Assembly: GCA_964016885.1 (NCBI GenBank) | Contig: OZ024741.1 | Location: forward strand, 309,070,001 to 309,134,000 | DNA from: Eledone cirrhosa | Taxonomy: Eukaryota | Length of the DNA stretch: 64,000 nt | Direction: 5' to 3' | In this document: piece by piece, positions 29,101 through 42,879 of the stretch | Numbering within the stretch: position 1 is the first letter of the stretch | How the letters are laid out: the number at the start of each line of letters is the position of its first letter | Program-made: the position numbers and the translations under genes | Notes under the pieces: model-generated | The model's database searches: none | Seen by the model: the letters and a program-made list of their open reading frames with translations, nothing else | What the model was told of the DNA's origin: nothing

Positions 29101-31165
29101 AAACCCTCGAAACCGCTGAAACCCCCGGAACCTTTGAAACCCCCGAAACCCCCGAAACCCCATGAAACCACCGAAACCCACGAAATATCGCGAAACCGCC
29201 GAGACCCCCGAAACCCCGCGAAATCGCCGAAACCCAGGAAACTCCGCGAAATCGCCGAAACCCCCGAAAACCCCGAAACCGCCGAAACCGCCGAAACCCC
29301 GCTGAAACAGCGTAAGCCCCCGAAACCGCCTAAGCCCCCTGAACCCGCGAAAACGCCTGAAACCCCCCACCCCCCCCCGAAATCCCCGAAATCCCCCTCA
29401 AAACGCCGAAACACCCCCAAAACCCCCAGAAACCCAACAAAAAACCACCTAAACCGCCTAAACCCCCGAAACCGCCTAAAGCCCCTAAACCGCCTAACCC
29501 CACAGAAACCGCCTAAACCCCACGAAACTCCCGAAACCGCCGAAACCGCCGAAACCGCCTTGCCTCGGCAAACCCCCGAAAGCCCCCCAAACCTCCGAAA
29601 ACAAAGGAACCCCCCCAAACCACCGAAACCCCCTAAACCCCCTAAACCCCCTAAACCCCGAAACCGCCTAAACCACCTAAACCCCCGAAACCCCCGAACC
29701 CGCCTAACCGCCCGAAACCCCCGAAACCGCCTAAACCGCCTAACCTGCTCAAACCTCCGAAACCGCCTGACCTCCCCAACACCCCGAAAACGCCTAACAC
29801 CCCGAAACCGCCTAAACCACTTAAACACTCGAAACCTTCGAAACCGCCTAAACCACTTAAACACCCGAAACCCCCGAAACCCAACAAAAAACCTCCCAAA
29901 ATCCCCCCAAATCCCCGAAAGACCCCAAACCTCAAAACCCTCCCCAAAACCCCGAAACACAACAAAAAACCTCCCAAAATCCCCCGAAAGTCCCCCAAAC
30001 CCCCGAAAACCTCGGAACCCCCCCAAACCACCCAAACCCCCTAAACCTCCTAAACCCCCGAAACCGCCTAAACCAGCCTAAACCGCCTAAACCTACCTAA
30101 ACCTCCTAAATCGCCTAAACACCCGAAACCGCCTAAACCCTCTAAACCCCCTAAACCGCTTAAATCCCCAAAACCGCCTAAACCCTCGAAACCGCTGAAA
30201 CCCCCGGAACCTTTGAAACCCCCGAAACCCCCGAAACCCCATGAAACCACCGAAACCCACGAAATATCGCGAAACCGCCGAGACCCCCGAAACCCCGCGA
30301 AATCGCCGAAACCCAGGAAACTCCGCGAAATCGCCGAAACCCCCGAAAACCCCGAAACCGCCGAAACCGCCGAAACCCCGCTGAAACAGCGTAAGCCCCC
30401 GAAACCGCCTAAGCCCCCTGAACCCGCGAAAACGCCTGAAACCCCCCACCCCCCCCGAAATCCCCGAAATCCCCCTCAAAACGCCGAAACACCCCCAAAA
30501 CCCCCAGAAACCCAACAAAAAACCACCTAAACCGCCTAAACCCCCGAAACCGCCTAAAGCCCCTAAACCGCCTAACCCCACAGAAACCGCCTAACCCCCA
30601 CGAAACTCCCGAAACCGCCGAAACCGCCTTGCCTCGGCAAACCCCCGAAAGCCCCCCAAACCTCCGAAAACAAAGGAACTCCCCCCAAACCACTGAAACC
30701 CCCTAAACCCCCTAAACCGCCTAAACCCCGAAACCGCCTAAACCCTCTAAACCGCTGAAACCCCCGAAACCGCTGAAACCTCCGGAACCTTTGAAACCCC
30801 CGACCCCATGAAACCGCCGAAACCCCCGAAATATCGCGAAACCGCCGAAAACCCCGAAACCCTGCGAAATCGCCGAAACCTCAGAAAACTCTCAACCGCC
30901 TAAACCCCCTCAACCGCCGAAACCAACCACTAAACCGACTAAACCCTCAAACCCACCTAAACCGCCTAAACCGCCTAACCCCCCTAAATCGCCTAAACCG
31001 CCTAAACCGCCTAAACCATCGAAACCGCGTAAACCCCCGAAACCGCCTAAATCGCCAAAACCACCTAAACCCCCGAAACCACCTAAACCCTCTAAACCCC
31101 CGAAACCACCTAACTCTCCGAAACCGCCTAAACCCCCGAAACCGCATAAACCGCCTAAACCCCCT
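26110..31165. repeat. Strand-skewed satellite of 9-mer variants (aaaccgcct, aaacccccg, aaaccccct) with a 1079-bp tandem duplication
   Basis: Visible directly; identical ORF starts at 28952/30031 and 29134/30213 are both offset by 1079. Confidence 0.95.
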
Positions 31166-31199
31166 ACCTATGCTACACTCTACCGGATCTATTCCCTCC

Positions 31200-31530
31200 A
31201 ACACCACCTACTTAAAACATACTACCATTGGTTTCGCGCGCGCTCTCTACGGCCCACTAGGAAGGCTTATCTGTGATGTGGTCGCACATGAGCACCTCCT
31301 GGAATGGTGTGAACAGCGACGCCAACAGTTGAAATCTTGTATTGGGCGATATAGTCGGTTCTTGAGTCAACATCTGGCCATCGCAAGTATCTTCATTCAT
31401 AGACAATATCCGTGTCGAACGTTTGTGATGGTCGTGTGTATGTAGCGTCTGTTTTTGATACTGTGGTGATATGGACTGGAGCCGGCTAAACCCATCAAGG
31501 TGAACGCCGATACAAATGCGAGCACATAGC
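31200..31530. other. Unique high-complexity island, possible exon
   Basis: Lies between the satellite and a CAC block; long open stretches on both strands; GTATGT donor-like site on the minus strand near 31217-31222. Confidence 0.3.
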
Positions 31531-32365
31531 TCACCACCACCATCACCCCCACCACTACGACCACCACCACTACCTCGACATCAATCGCCGCCACCACCAC
31601 CAACACCATTACTATCACCACCATCACTACCACTACCACCACCACCACCACCACCAACACCACCGCCATCACCACCACCACTACGATCACCACCACCACC
31701 AATCCCCACAACCTTCTCACAACATCTACAAACATCACCATCGCTACCACAACCATCATAACCACCACAAACAACAACCACCACAAACCACAACCACCAC
31801 CACCACCACCATCACGACCATCACCACCACCACCACCACCACCACAACCCACACCACTAACACCACAACTACTGTCACCACCAGCACCACTACCACCACC
31901 AGTAACACCACCACTACTATCACCACCAACATCACTACCAACACCACTACTACTATCACCACCACCACCACTACCACCACCTCTAACACCACCACTACTA
32001 TCACCACCACCACCACTAACACCACCACCACCACCACCACCATAAACCCGACTACTAACACGACAACCACCACCACCACCACCACCACTACCACCACCAC
32101 TAACACCACTACTACTATCACCACCACCACCACCACTACCACCACCACTAACACCACCACTACTATCACCACCAACACCACTACCACCACCACTATCACA
32201 ACCAGCACCACTACCACCACCAATAACACCACCACTACTATCACCACCAACACCACTACCACCACCACTAACACCACCACCACCACCACTATCACGACCA
32301 TGACTATCATCAGTACAACTACCACTTCCACCACCAACATCATCACCAACACTATAACAACCACC

Positions 32366-32397
<32 letters not shown>

Positions 32398-32494
32398 CAA
32401 CACAACCATCACCACCACCACCACCATCACGATCATCAGTACAACTACCACTTCCACCACCAACATCATCACCAACACTATAACAACCACCACC

Positions 32495-32525
<31 letters not shown>

Positions 32526-33432
32526 CAACCACCACCACCACCACCATCACGATCATCAGTACAATTACCACTTCCACCACCAACATCATCAACAGCACTA
32601 TAACCACCACCACCACCACCAACACCACCACCACTACCACCACTACCACCACCACCATCATCAACAACACTATAACCACCACCAACACCACCACCACCAC
32701 CGCTATCATCATCACCACCACCACCACCATCACGATCATCAGTACAACTACCACTTCCACCACCAACATCATCAACAACACTATAACCACCACCAACACC
32801 ACCACCACCACCACCACCGCTACCACCATCACCATCAGCACCATCATCACTACAGCTACCACTTCCACCACCAACATCATCAACAACACTATAACCGCCA
32901 CCACCACCCTTACACCACCACCATCACCAGCACCATCAGCACCATCATCACTACAACTACCACTTCCACCACCAACATCACCAACAACACTATAACCGCC
33001 ACCACCACCCTTACACCACTGCTATCACCAGCACCATCAGCACCATCATCACGACAGCTACCACTTCCACCACCAACATCACCAACAACACTATAACCGC
33101 CACCACCACCCTTACACCACCGCTATCACCAGCACCATCAGCACCATCATCACTACAGCTACCACTTCCACCACCAACATCACCAACAACACTATAACCG
33201 CCACCACCACCCTTACACCACCGCTATCACCATCACCACCAGCACCATCAGCACCATAGCTACCACTTCCACCACCAACATCATCAACAACACTATAACC
33301 ACCACCAACACCACCACCACCACCCTTACACCACCGCTATCACCATCACCATCAGCACCATCATCACTACAGCTACCACTTCCACCACCAACATCACCAA
33401 CAGCACTATAACCGCCACCACCACCCTTACAC
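31531..33432. repeat. (CAC)n-rich block; the 3' part is a higher-order repeat of about 100-125 bp
   Basis: accacttccaccaccaacatc recurs about 10 times between 32320 and 33400. Confidence 0.9.
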
Positions 33433-33894
33433 CAATATTTAAACAAAACAGCCCCCACAAAAGGAATGCCATTCTGTAATTATGCGGTGATTTATATTTG
33501 CACGTGTTCTAAAAGGGAATACCCCCTCTCCCTTTCACACACATATGCACATACACATACATTATACATACATATATACCTACACCTACACGCACACATA
33601 CACACACACACATAACACACATATATTCATTTATTAAATTAATGACTCCAACAGCAATAGTTGTTTCTTTCTCTTTTAATATATACATATACATACATAC
33701 ATACATACATATATATATATATGTACAGGTGTGTGTGTGTGTGTGTGTGCGTGCGTGTGTATATATATATATATTATACTTATATGAATATACATGTATA
33801 TATATATATATATGTATATATATAAATATATATATATATATATAAATATATGTGTGTGTGTGTGTATGTGTGAGTGTGCGTATGCGCGTGTGTG

Positions 33895-33945
<51 letters not shown>

Positions 33946-33986
33946 GACAGGTCGCTCATGACACTAAAGAAGACACTAGAGAAAAT

Positions 33987-34173
33987 AATTGTTTCTACTT
34001 TAGGCACAAGGCCAGCAAATTACCCAGTACATTACTGGTACTTTATTTTATCGACCCCGTAAGGATGAAAGGCAAAGTTAACCTCGGCGGGATTTGAACT
34101 CAGACTGTAAAGGGAGGTAACTATGCTAGAAAGCATGGCGTCCAACCCTCTACCGATACTGCCAATTCACCGC
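33987..34173 (-). mobile_element. SINE family 1, well preserved
   Basis: Same motifs as 11882-12060; agagaaaataat on both flanks may be a target-site duplication. Confidence 0.85.
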
Positions 34174-34779
34174 TCTAGAGAAAATAATGCCTTTAAAACT
34201 GAGAATTATACTTAGCATCTGCAGAATAGACCATCTCCCCAATCAATCTGTATCGGAACAAACAAGTACCTGCCCACTAGTTAACGCAGTTATTTATTGG
34301 CAGTTATCGTTCATTGAACATTGTATTAGACGAAGCAAATTTTCCTGCTTGTATCATTAATCATATATGTCATATTCTTGATATATATGACATACCAATC
34401 TTGGACTCCAAAAATTAAATACATCCAAACTTATTGTCGTCATTATTGACAGAACTGATCTACTGGTTATTAAGAATTAAAAAAAACTGCAATTTCAAGT
34501 CAGTGAGAATCTAGAGAAATGTAAATTTGAACAGAAATTCAATTATAAGGTAAAAGAATTATATATAAAAAAAAATTCAAATACGATCTCTGAGTGTCTG
34601 TGTCTATTTATAGAAGATGCCAATGTACAGAATACGTGATAAGATTAACTAAAAGAATAGAAGATAATCAGATGATGGAAAAGGCGAATACCGGTCGTAC
34701 ATCGTAAAATACCTGACCTAGCCAAATACTATTTCAGTATTAAAACTAAATAGAGAGAACACTGTGCAACGTGTAATGA

Positions 34780-34886
34780 CGTGTCTTGCACAAGGACACA
34801 ACGCATCACCCGGTCCGGGAATCAAATTCGCAAGCACATGATTGCGAATTCAATTCTCTAATATCTAATCATTCAGCCACGTGCCT
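34780..34886 (-). mobile_element. SINE family 2, 5' part
   Basis: Reverse complement matches 13105-13210. Confidence 0.75.
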
Positions 34887-35042
34887 TCTACACACGCAAA
34901 CACACAACACGCCTATACATATACCATATTCAATATAGAAATGGCTCCTACAGGAATAAAACTGTTTCATTCTTATGAAATCATCAGGAATAAATATGAT
35001 TTTTATTTTCTAACTCGTGAGTTCTCTCTGTCTCTCTCTCTC

Positions 35043-35191
<149 letters not shown>

Positions 35192-35657
35192 AGAGAGAGA
35201 GGGAGAAAAAGAGAGAGATACCTGGACAACCGATCGTCCTCGAAGTTCGTGAGCCAATTATGGCCCCTCAAGGACTAAGGCGTAGATTACTCCATCCAAT
35301 GGAAAATTATTACTAAGTCTAAGCCATACGCAAATGGGAATCCGTCTTGTGGACTGTGCATTGAAGAAAGGATCAATATCCCGAGAAGGTTACGTAATAG
35401 CGCTTATCTTAATTCAAGGAATGGACTTTTTCACGTTGTCCACACGTCTGGAACACCTATTACATAATTACAAAGCTCCACATTAACTAACATGAACAAT
35501 CTATAATATTATGCATAACATGAATAATTTATCCCGAGCCTCCACAGTTATCTCCCCGATACCGATCTATTGTAGGTTTACCACCCCAGGAGAAGTGACT
35601 GTTTCGGGACATGCGTATTCATACAGTTGTTTTCCTTTTCCATACAACTTCATTTAG

Positions 35658-35700
35658 ACCGAGCTGATGATCCGAATAAGGTGAAACAATTGTTCTCTGT
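35658..35700 (+). ncRNA. Minimal type I hammerhead ribozyme candidate
   Basis: gag-CTGATGA-tccgaataaggt-GAAA-caattg-TT-ctc; palindromic stem III; GUU site. Confidence 0.6.
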
Positions 35701-35734
35701 AATGGTGAACTAACTGAAGTTGTACGGAAGTTGT

Positions 35735-35845
<111 letters not shown>

Positions 35846-35899
35846 CTGGTTGTCTGCTCAATACTAAGCTTGACCACTCTAGTATACATGATGCTCAGT

Positions 35900-36200
35900 T
35901 CTGGTATGAGATCTATGTGGCTTTATAGACCAGACATACTTTTAAAAAGCCGTCCACATAAATTGCATATAAAATTTGGTTCAGCTTGGACTGCCTGTGT
36001 ATTGTGATGAACCTTGAAATGTCTCTTTAGATCTCCTTGAGATTTTCAGATCTTGCGGCATATGTAGCATGAACTAGAATGTATATTCTATGTATAGAAT
36101 GTTATGTAGGGAGTGCCCTATTGTGTGCTCTCATGAGATGAAGCCCAGTCTCTGATGTACAGTTTGTGGCAGAATCTGCCTAAGTAGAGAAAGTTCCATT
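35900..36200 (-). pseudogene. Decayed C2H2 zinc-finger coding segment, probably LINE-derived
   Basis: Minus-strand CYICRKI*KSQGDLKRHFKVH and CNLCGRLFKSMSGL*SH with stops. Confidence 0.55.
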
Positions 36201-36223
36201 AATTTCATGTTCCCTTAGTGGCT

Positions 36224-36349
<126 letters not shown>

Positions 36350-36494
36350 GTGTAAAATCCAGACCGCCGCATCAAGCGATTTCAGCTTGTGGGTTCTGCA
36401 ACCTTTTTCAGTGTGCGTGTACATGTCTTTATATATATATGTATGTATGTATATAAGACAGAAAGAACTAGAGAGAATGTGAGTATGAGAGAGA

Positions 36495-36539
<45 letters not shown>

Positions 36540-36899
36540 GGGGTGAAATATGGATGAACGATATCAATGTGAAATTATGGTAAGGCATATATCTGCACAG
36601 TTTCCTCTAAGTGCGTTTGTTTGTTGGAGTGTGTGAGTTTGTGTGTGTTGTGTGTGTGTGAGTGTGAGTGTGTGTGTGTGTGTGTGTCCGTCCGTGTGTT
36701 TGTGCCGATGCATTTGTTAAAAGGGAAAATATATATTTACATTGGAGTAAGTTTATTAGAAGCTTATTATGTAGAGTAGGTTTGCAAATAAAGAGTTCTA
36801 TTAATATAGATTGTATGTATGTATGTATGTATGTATGTATGTATGTATGTATGTATGTATGTATTGTATATATGTATTGTATGTATTGTATGTATGTAT

Positions 36900-36931
<32 letters not shown>

Positions 36932-37243
36932 TGTATTTATTTCTGTATGTATGTATTTACCTATGTATGTATGTGTATACATTCACGCACACCCACACAA
37001 ACACACACACACATATAGACACACACATATATATATATACTCATATATGTACTTATACATATAAACACACACATGCACACATTGATATACATGTACACTA
37101 ACACATACACTCACTCATACATGCACACACACACACACACACGCATACCAACAATATATATATATATATATGTGTGCGAATATATAGAATATATATATAA
37201 TATATATATATGTATGTATTTTATATAAACGTAAAAAGGGCTA

Positions 37244-37288
37244 GCAAGGACTTGAAAGTTTCAGGCGACCTGAGCGTCGTCAGACTGC
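37244..37288 (-). ncRNA. Degenerate hammerhead candidate
   Basis: gcagt-CTGACGA-cgctcaggtcgcct-GAAA-ctttcaag-TC-cttgc. Confidence 0.45.
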
Positions 37289-37759
37289 AGAATCTGAAGA
37301 ACCTAATGACAGTCGAAACTTCGAAGTCACCAAAACGTTTCTTTGACAGATAATATGTATATCTATATCTATCCCTATATTTACTTTAATGTCAAATATA
37401 AGCAGCGATTTGATGAGAGGGAAAGAGTCGATTATACTTACCGCAGTACCTGACAGGTATTTTGTTTTATCGACCCCCAAAAAATGTGAATGGCAATCTT
37501 GACTATGGTGGAATTCGAACACATTAACATTCTCTTTATTTTGTTTGTTACATCGATTTGTAGTATGGTACAGATCTAGAAATCTGCATGGTGAGGGTGC
37601 GCATATACCCCTGCTTAAATGATCCCAGGGTGAATAATTGGTACATATTTGATCGACAATAAAGGATGAAAATTCAACTTAGCGAAGTTGGAAAAGAAAA
37701 TTGAATGGAAAATATGTTCTTATAATAATAGTGTTTAACAAAGGTACGATTCAGTATTT

Positions 37760-38930
37760 GTGGCAACCCTTATGTATGGTCATGAGGCTTGGGGGAAAAA
37801 CGTTGTTTTTTTTATTTGGCGGGAGCCGATTTTTACTGGGCGGTATCGGTTTTTCATAGGGGGCGAGGGGGGGGGCGGTTTTTGGTTTTTTGGGCCGAAC
37901 GGGGGGTCGGTCATTTATTTTGGACCCATCGGGGGGGGGGGTCCGTTTTTTTTTATGAACCCAGCCGGAATATCCATTTTTTAATTTGTGCCTAGCGGGG
38001 ATCCGTGTTTTATTCAATGCACAGCGTGGGCTTCATTTTTTAATTTCGGCCCAGCGTGGGGTCCGTTTATTATTTTTGGGGCAACAGGGGGTCCGTTTTT
38101 TTTATTTTGGGTGCAGCGGGGGGGGGGGTCCATTTTTTGTTTGAGGCCCAATGGGGGCTCGGTTTTTCATTTTGGGCGCAGCGGGGTTTCCGTTTTTTTT
38201 ATTTGGGTTCAGCGGGGCTCCATTTTTTATTTTGGACATAGCGTGGGTCCACTTTTCATTTGGGACCAGCAGGGGGGCTGTTTTTTATTTTGGTCCCAGC
38301 AGGTGGCCCGTTTCATAATTTGGGTGCAGCGAGGGGTCCTTTTTTTATTTTGAGACCAGTGAGTTTCCGTTTTTATTCTGGTCCCAGCGGGGCGTCCGTC
38401 TTTTAATTTGGGCCAAGGAGGGAGGGTGGGCAGAGGGGTGTCCATTTTTTAGTGTAACCCATCGGGGGGGGGGGGTCTTTTTATTTTGGACACCGCGGGT
38501 GGTCGCTTTTTTATTTGGGCCCAGCGGGTGAGTCCGTTTTTATTTTGGTTCCAGCTGAGAGTCCAATTATTAATTTGGAACTAGTGGGGGGACCCGGTTT
38601 TTTTTTGGGGGGGGGGTACCTGGGATGGAACGAGGGGATGTCTGTTTTTTTAAAATTTGGTCCCAGGTTGTCCATTTTTTATTTTGTCCCAACGGACTGC
38701 TTTTCTATTTAGTGCCCAGTCGGAGCCTTTTTTATTTTGCGAGCAGCGGGGATACGTTTTTTTTTTATTTTAAGCGCAGCTGGCGGTCCGTTTTTTTTTT
38801 ATTGGGCGCAGCGGGGGGGTCGGTTTTTTATTGGGCGCAGTGAAGTTCATTTTATCTATTGGGCGCAGCGGGGGATTCGTTTTTTATGCTGGGCGAAGCG
38901 GGGGAAGGGGTGACGGTTTTTTTTTATTAG
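37760..38930. repeat. Degenerate ~30-bp minisatellite (T-run + atttgggcccagcgggggtccg)
   Basis: Periodic cagcgggg/gtccg/T-run motifs. Confidence 0.9.
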
Positions 38931-38984
38931 GGGATGATATGTATATATATACATCACCAATAAACTTTCCTCCTTTGTATATAT

Positions 38985-39345
38985 ACCATACAAGCTGCCG
39001 AAATGGGGTTCCTTCGAAGGGTCTTTGGAGTAACATTACTCGATAGAGTGCATAGCTCGGCGATCAGATAGTCACTCAAGGTAGAGTCGCTACTTCTCTG
39101 AATAGAGAGATCACAGCTTCAGTACTATGGGCATGTGGTTAGAATGTCTCAGCAAAGAATTGCTGGACAGATTTTACGGACAAAACCAATGAGCAGTAGA
39201 ATGAGAGGTAAACCCAGAGCAAGAATGTTGGATAAGATCCATGAGCTATTTACCCAGTTGCATGCATAAGTCCTGGGTCATTCACATGCTATGGCAAATA
39301 AAACTGGCCGAAGATGGCACGCAGCGCAATCAAACCCCGTATCAA
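38985..39345 (+). mobile_element. Decayed RTE-group LINE 3' fragment
   Basis: IQAAEMGFLRRVFGVTLLDRV...ERSQLQYYGHVVRM...RGKPRAR. Confidence 0.8.
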
Positions 39346-39402
39346 ATATATTGTACATACGTACATAAACGCATGCCGACATACCCACACACTCACACCC
39401 TA

Positions 39403-39452
<50 letters not shown>

Positions 39453-39569
39453 GTGTGTGTGTGTATGTATAAATAAATGTATATGTGTATATATATACAT
39501 ATTAAATACGTATATAAATACATATATATATATATATACGTATATAAATACATATATATATATATATAA

Positions 39570-39644
<75 letters not shown>

Positions 39645-39669
39645 CATATATATATATATATATATATAA

Positions 39670-39706
<37 letters not shown>

Positions 39707-39733
39707 TACATATATATATATACATACATATAA

Positions 39734-39774
<41 letters not shown>

Positions 39775-39787
39775 TACATATATATAT

Positions 39788-39892
<105 letters not shown>

Positions 39893-39921
39893 AATACATA
39901 TATATATATATATATATATAA

Positions 39922-40034
<113 letters not shown>

Positions 40035-40390
40035 CACGCATACATATACATATATATACACGCATACATATACATATATATGTGTGTGTATATAAGTGTT
40101 TGTGTGAAATGATTATTACCTCGATAGATTTAATTTGATACGAGAGATTTATTATATACTTAGACCACCATACAATGAAGAAGTTTATATATAAATATAT
40201 ATATATATATAAATATACCAACATACAGCTGTGTGTGAGTGGTAGTGTGTATATGTGTGTATGGACGTGAGTGAGTGTCAATATACATATAGAGTTTTAA
40301 TAGGCATAGTTAAACCTTACTGGTGTCTATAAATTGTAATAAACATAACAAATGTTTAACACCAATTTTTATATATATTTATATATATAT

Positions 40391-40431
<41 letters not shown>

Positions 40432-40701
40432 TGTATATATATATTTATATATGTGTGTGTGCCTGTGTATGTATATGTGTATATATAGATATACATATAT
40501 ATATATATATACATATATATACTCATATATACATATAAATATATATATATACATACACACACTCACAAACATACACACACCAACATATATATATATAAGA
40601 AGGAAATATATCCCTGGCACATTTTAATATGTTTCTGAGTTTACACTGCTTCCATAATAACTTCATTTCTTTCTGTACTCATGTATTATTCCACTAGTGT
40701 A

Positions 40702-40808
<107 letters not shown>

Positions 40809-40837
40809 TTACATATATATATATACACATATAGCTA

Positions 40838-40873
<36 letters not shown>

Positions 40874-41499
40874 CACATATATGTATGTATATGTATATAA
40901 TATATATATGTATGTATGTATATGTAAATGTATATTTATATATTTATATATAAATATATATATATAAATATATATATAATTATATATATATGTGTATATA
41001 TATATGTATATATATATTAACACGCACATACACATATATACATATATATATAATTATATATATACATATATACATATATATATATATACATTATATATGT
41101 ATATATATATATTATATATTTATATCTGTTTGTGTATTGGATTTCGTGTTGATTCTGGGTTTTTTCCTTTTTAGTTTTGTGATATTTTCGGTTATTATTA
41201 AAGATCTTGTTATTTCTATTACAATTCCAATGTTATTATTTACTTCAGTTACTGTTCTTGTTTTGTTGTTATTGCTCTAACAGTCGTTATTATTATTACA
41301 TTTTACTATTTTCTGCTGTTTTTTCTGTATTTTTAAACATCTATATATTTTCTTTTTTTCATTTCTCGTTTTCATTCTCTGTTGTTCTTTGTGTGTGTAT
41401 AGGCTTGAGTGAGTGTGGTGAAGCTTGTGTATGAGAATGTATATATATATATATATTTCGTTTCTGAGTATAACAATATATATATACATATATATATAA

Positions 41500-41550
<51 letters not shown>

Positions 41551-41623
41551 AGTGTGTGTATATGTTTATATATGTATATACCTATAAACGTAAAATATAT
41601 ACGCATGCACACACACACTCACA

Positions 41624-41728
<105 letters not shown>

Positions 41729-41779
41729 ATGTCTTCTGTCTGAAAACGTGAAACAATTTCTTTTCGTCTGTTTATCTCG

Positions 41780-41837
<58 letters not shown>

Positions 41838-42177
41838 ATATGTATATATAGACGAGCACAATGCCCTCTCACCCTCTCAAATAAATCCACGCTGCAGCTA
41901 TTCGCAAAGACACACATGCACACAAACAAACAAGCATTTCTGCTTCTCATATATATACACATACCTACACACACAAATATTCGATCGCTACAAAAATTAA
42001 TGATACCTTTCGAATATCAGGTAAAATGTCCCTTGTGACAGGAAAAAAGTGGCCAGCAACCATGAAGGGTATTTTACCCGATTTTTATTGCCTGCTATTT
42101 TCTGCATTTACATTCCCACAGCTTAAATTATCAAAACGTTTCGATAGATCATGCACATATTTGTATATACGACGTGT

Positions 42178-42227
42178 TCTTGTCTGACGAGCCAGCCACA
42201 AACAGCCGAAACTCCAGAGTAACAAGA
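42178..42227 (+). ncRNA. Type I hammerhead ribozyme candidate
   Basis: tcttgt-CTGACGA-g...c-GAAA-ctccagag-TA-acaaga; perfect 6-bp stem I; GUA site; stem II poorly paired. Confidence 0.65.
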
Positions 42228-42251
42228 CTCACTATTTAGCCTTAATAATAC

Positions 42252-42383
<132 letters not shown>

Positions 42384-42469
42384 GTGTAGAAGGTGAGTAA
42401 TATTGTAGAACAATAAAACTATGCATATATCAGATAAGTAGCACTCAACAGTTGGTATAACTGGAGTAT

Positions 42470-42822
42470 ATATAATAAAGAAGAAATTAAAAGATGGTTA
42501 AAAGAGTTCCATATATTTTATTATGCGCATATCGAATAAAAAATCATCCTGGGACAAAAATTGTGTTCTCATCAGATAAAATAAGGTAACATGATATGAG
42601 GCCTAATAGCACTTGTTTACAGGAAAGTATTAACACTTATATTTCTGTCATATGTAGACTTAGCACTTTCCTGTAAACAAGTGCTATTATGCCTCATATC
42701 ATGTTACCTTATTTTATCTGATGAGAACACAATTTTTGTCCCAGGATGATTTTGTATTCGATATGCGCATAATAAAATATATGGAACCCTTTCAACCATC
42801 TTTTAATTTCTTCTTTATTATA
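42470..42822. repeat. Inverted repeat, arms about 158 bp, spacer about 36 bp
   Basis: 42470-42628 is the reverse complement of 42665-42822; same family as 54405-55050. Confidence 0.92.
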
Positions 42823-42846
42823 TCTATCTATTTATCTATCTATCAA

Positions 42847-42879
<33 letters not shown>

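Noticed and set aside
26237-31207. GGF/RGF- and KPP-rich ORFs (up to 377 aa)
   Set aside because: Products of the 9-mer satellite; open in several frames and broken by frequent indels
37760-38930. CRISPR-like periodicity
   Set aside because: Units are adjacent and degenerate with no unique spacers; eukaryotic context; no cas genes
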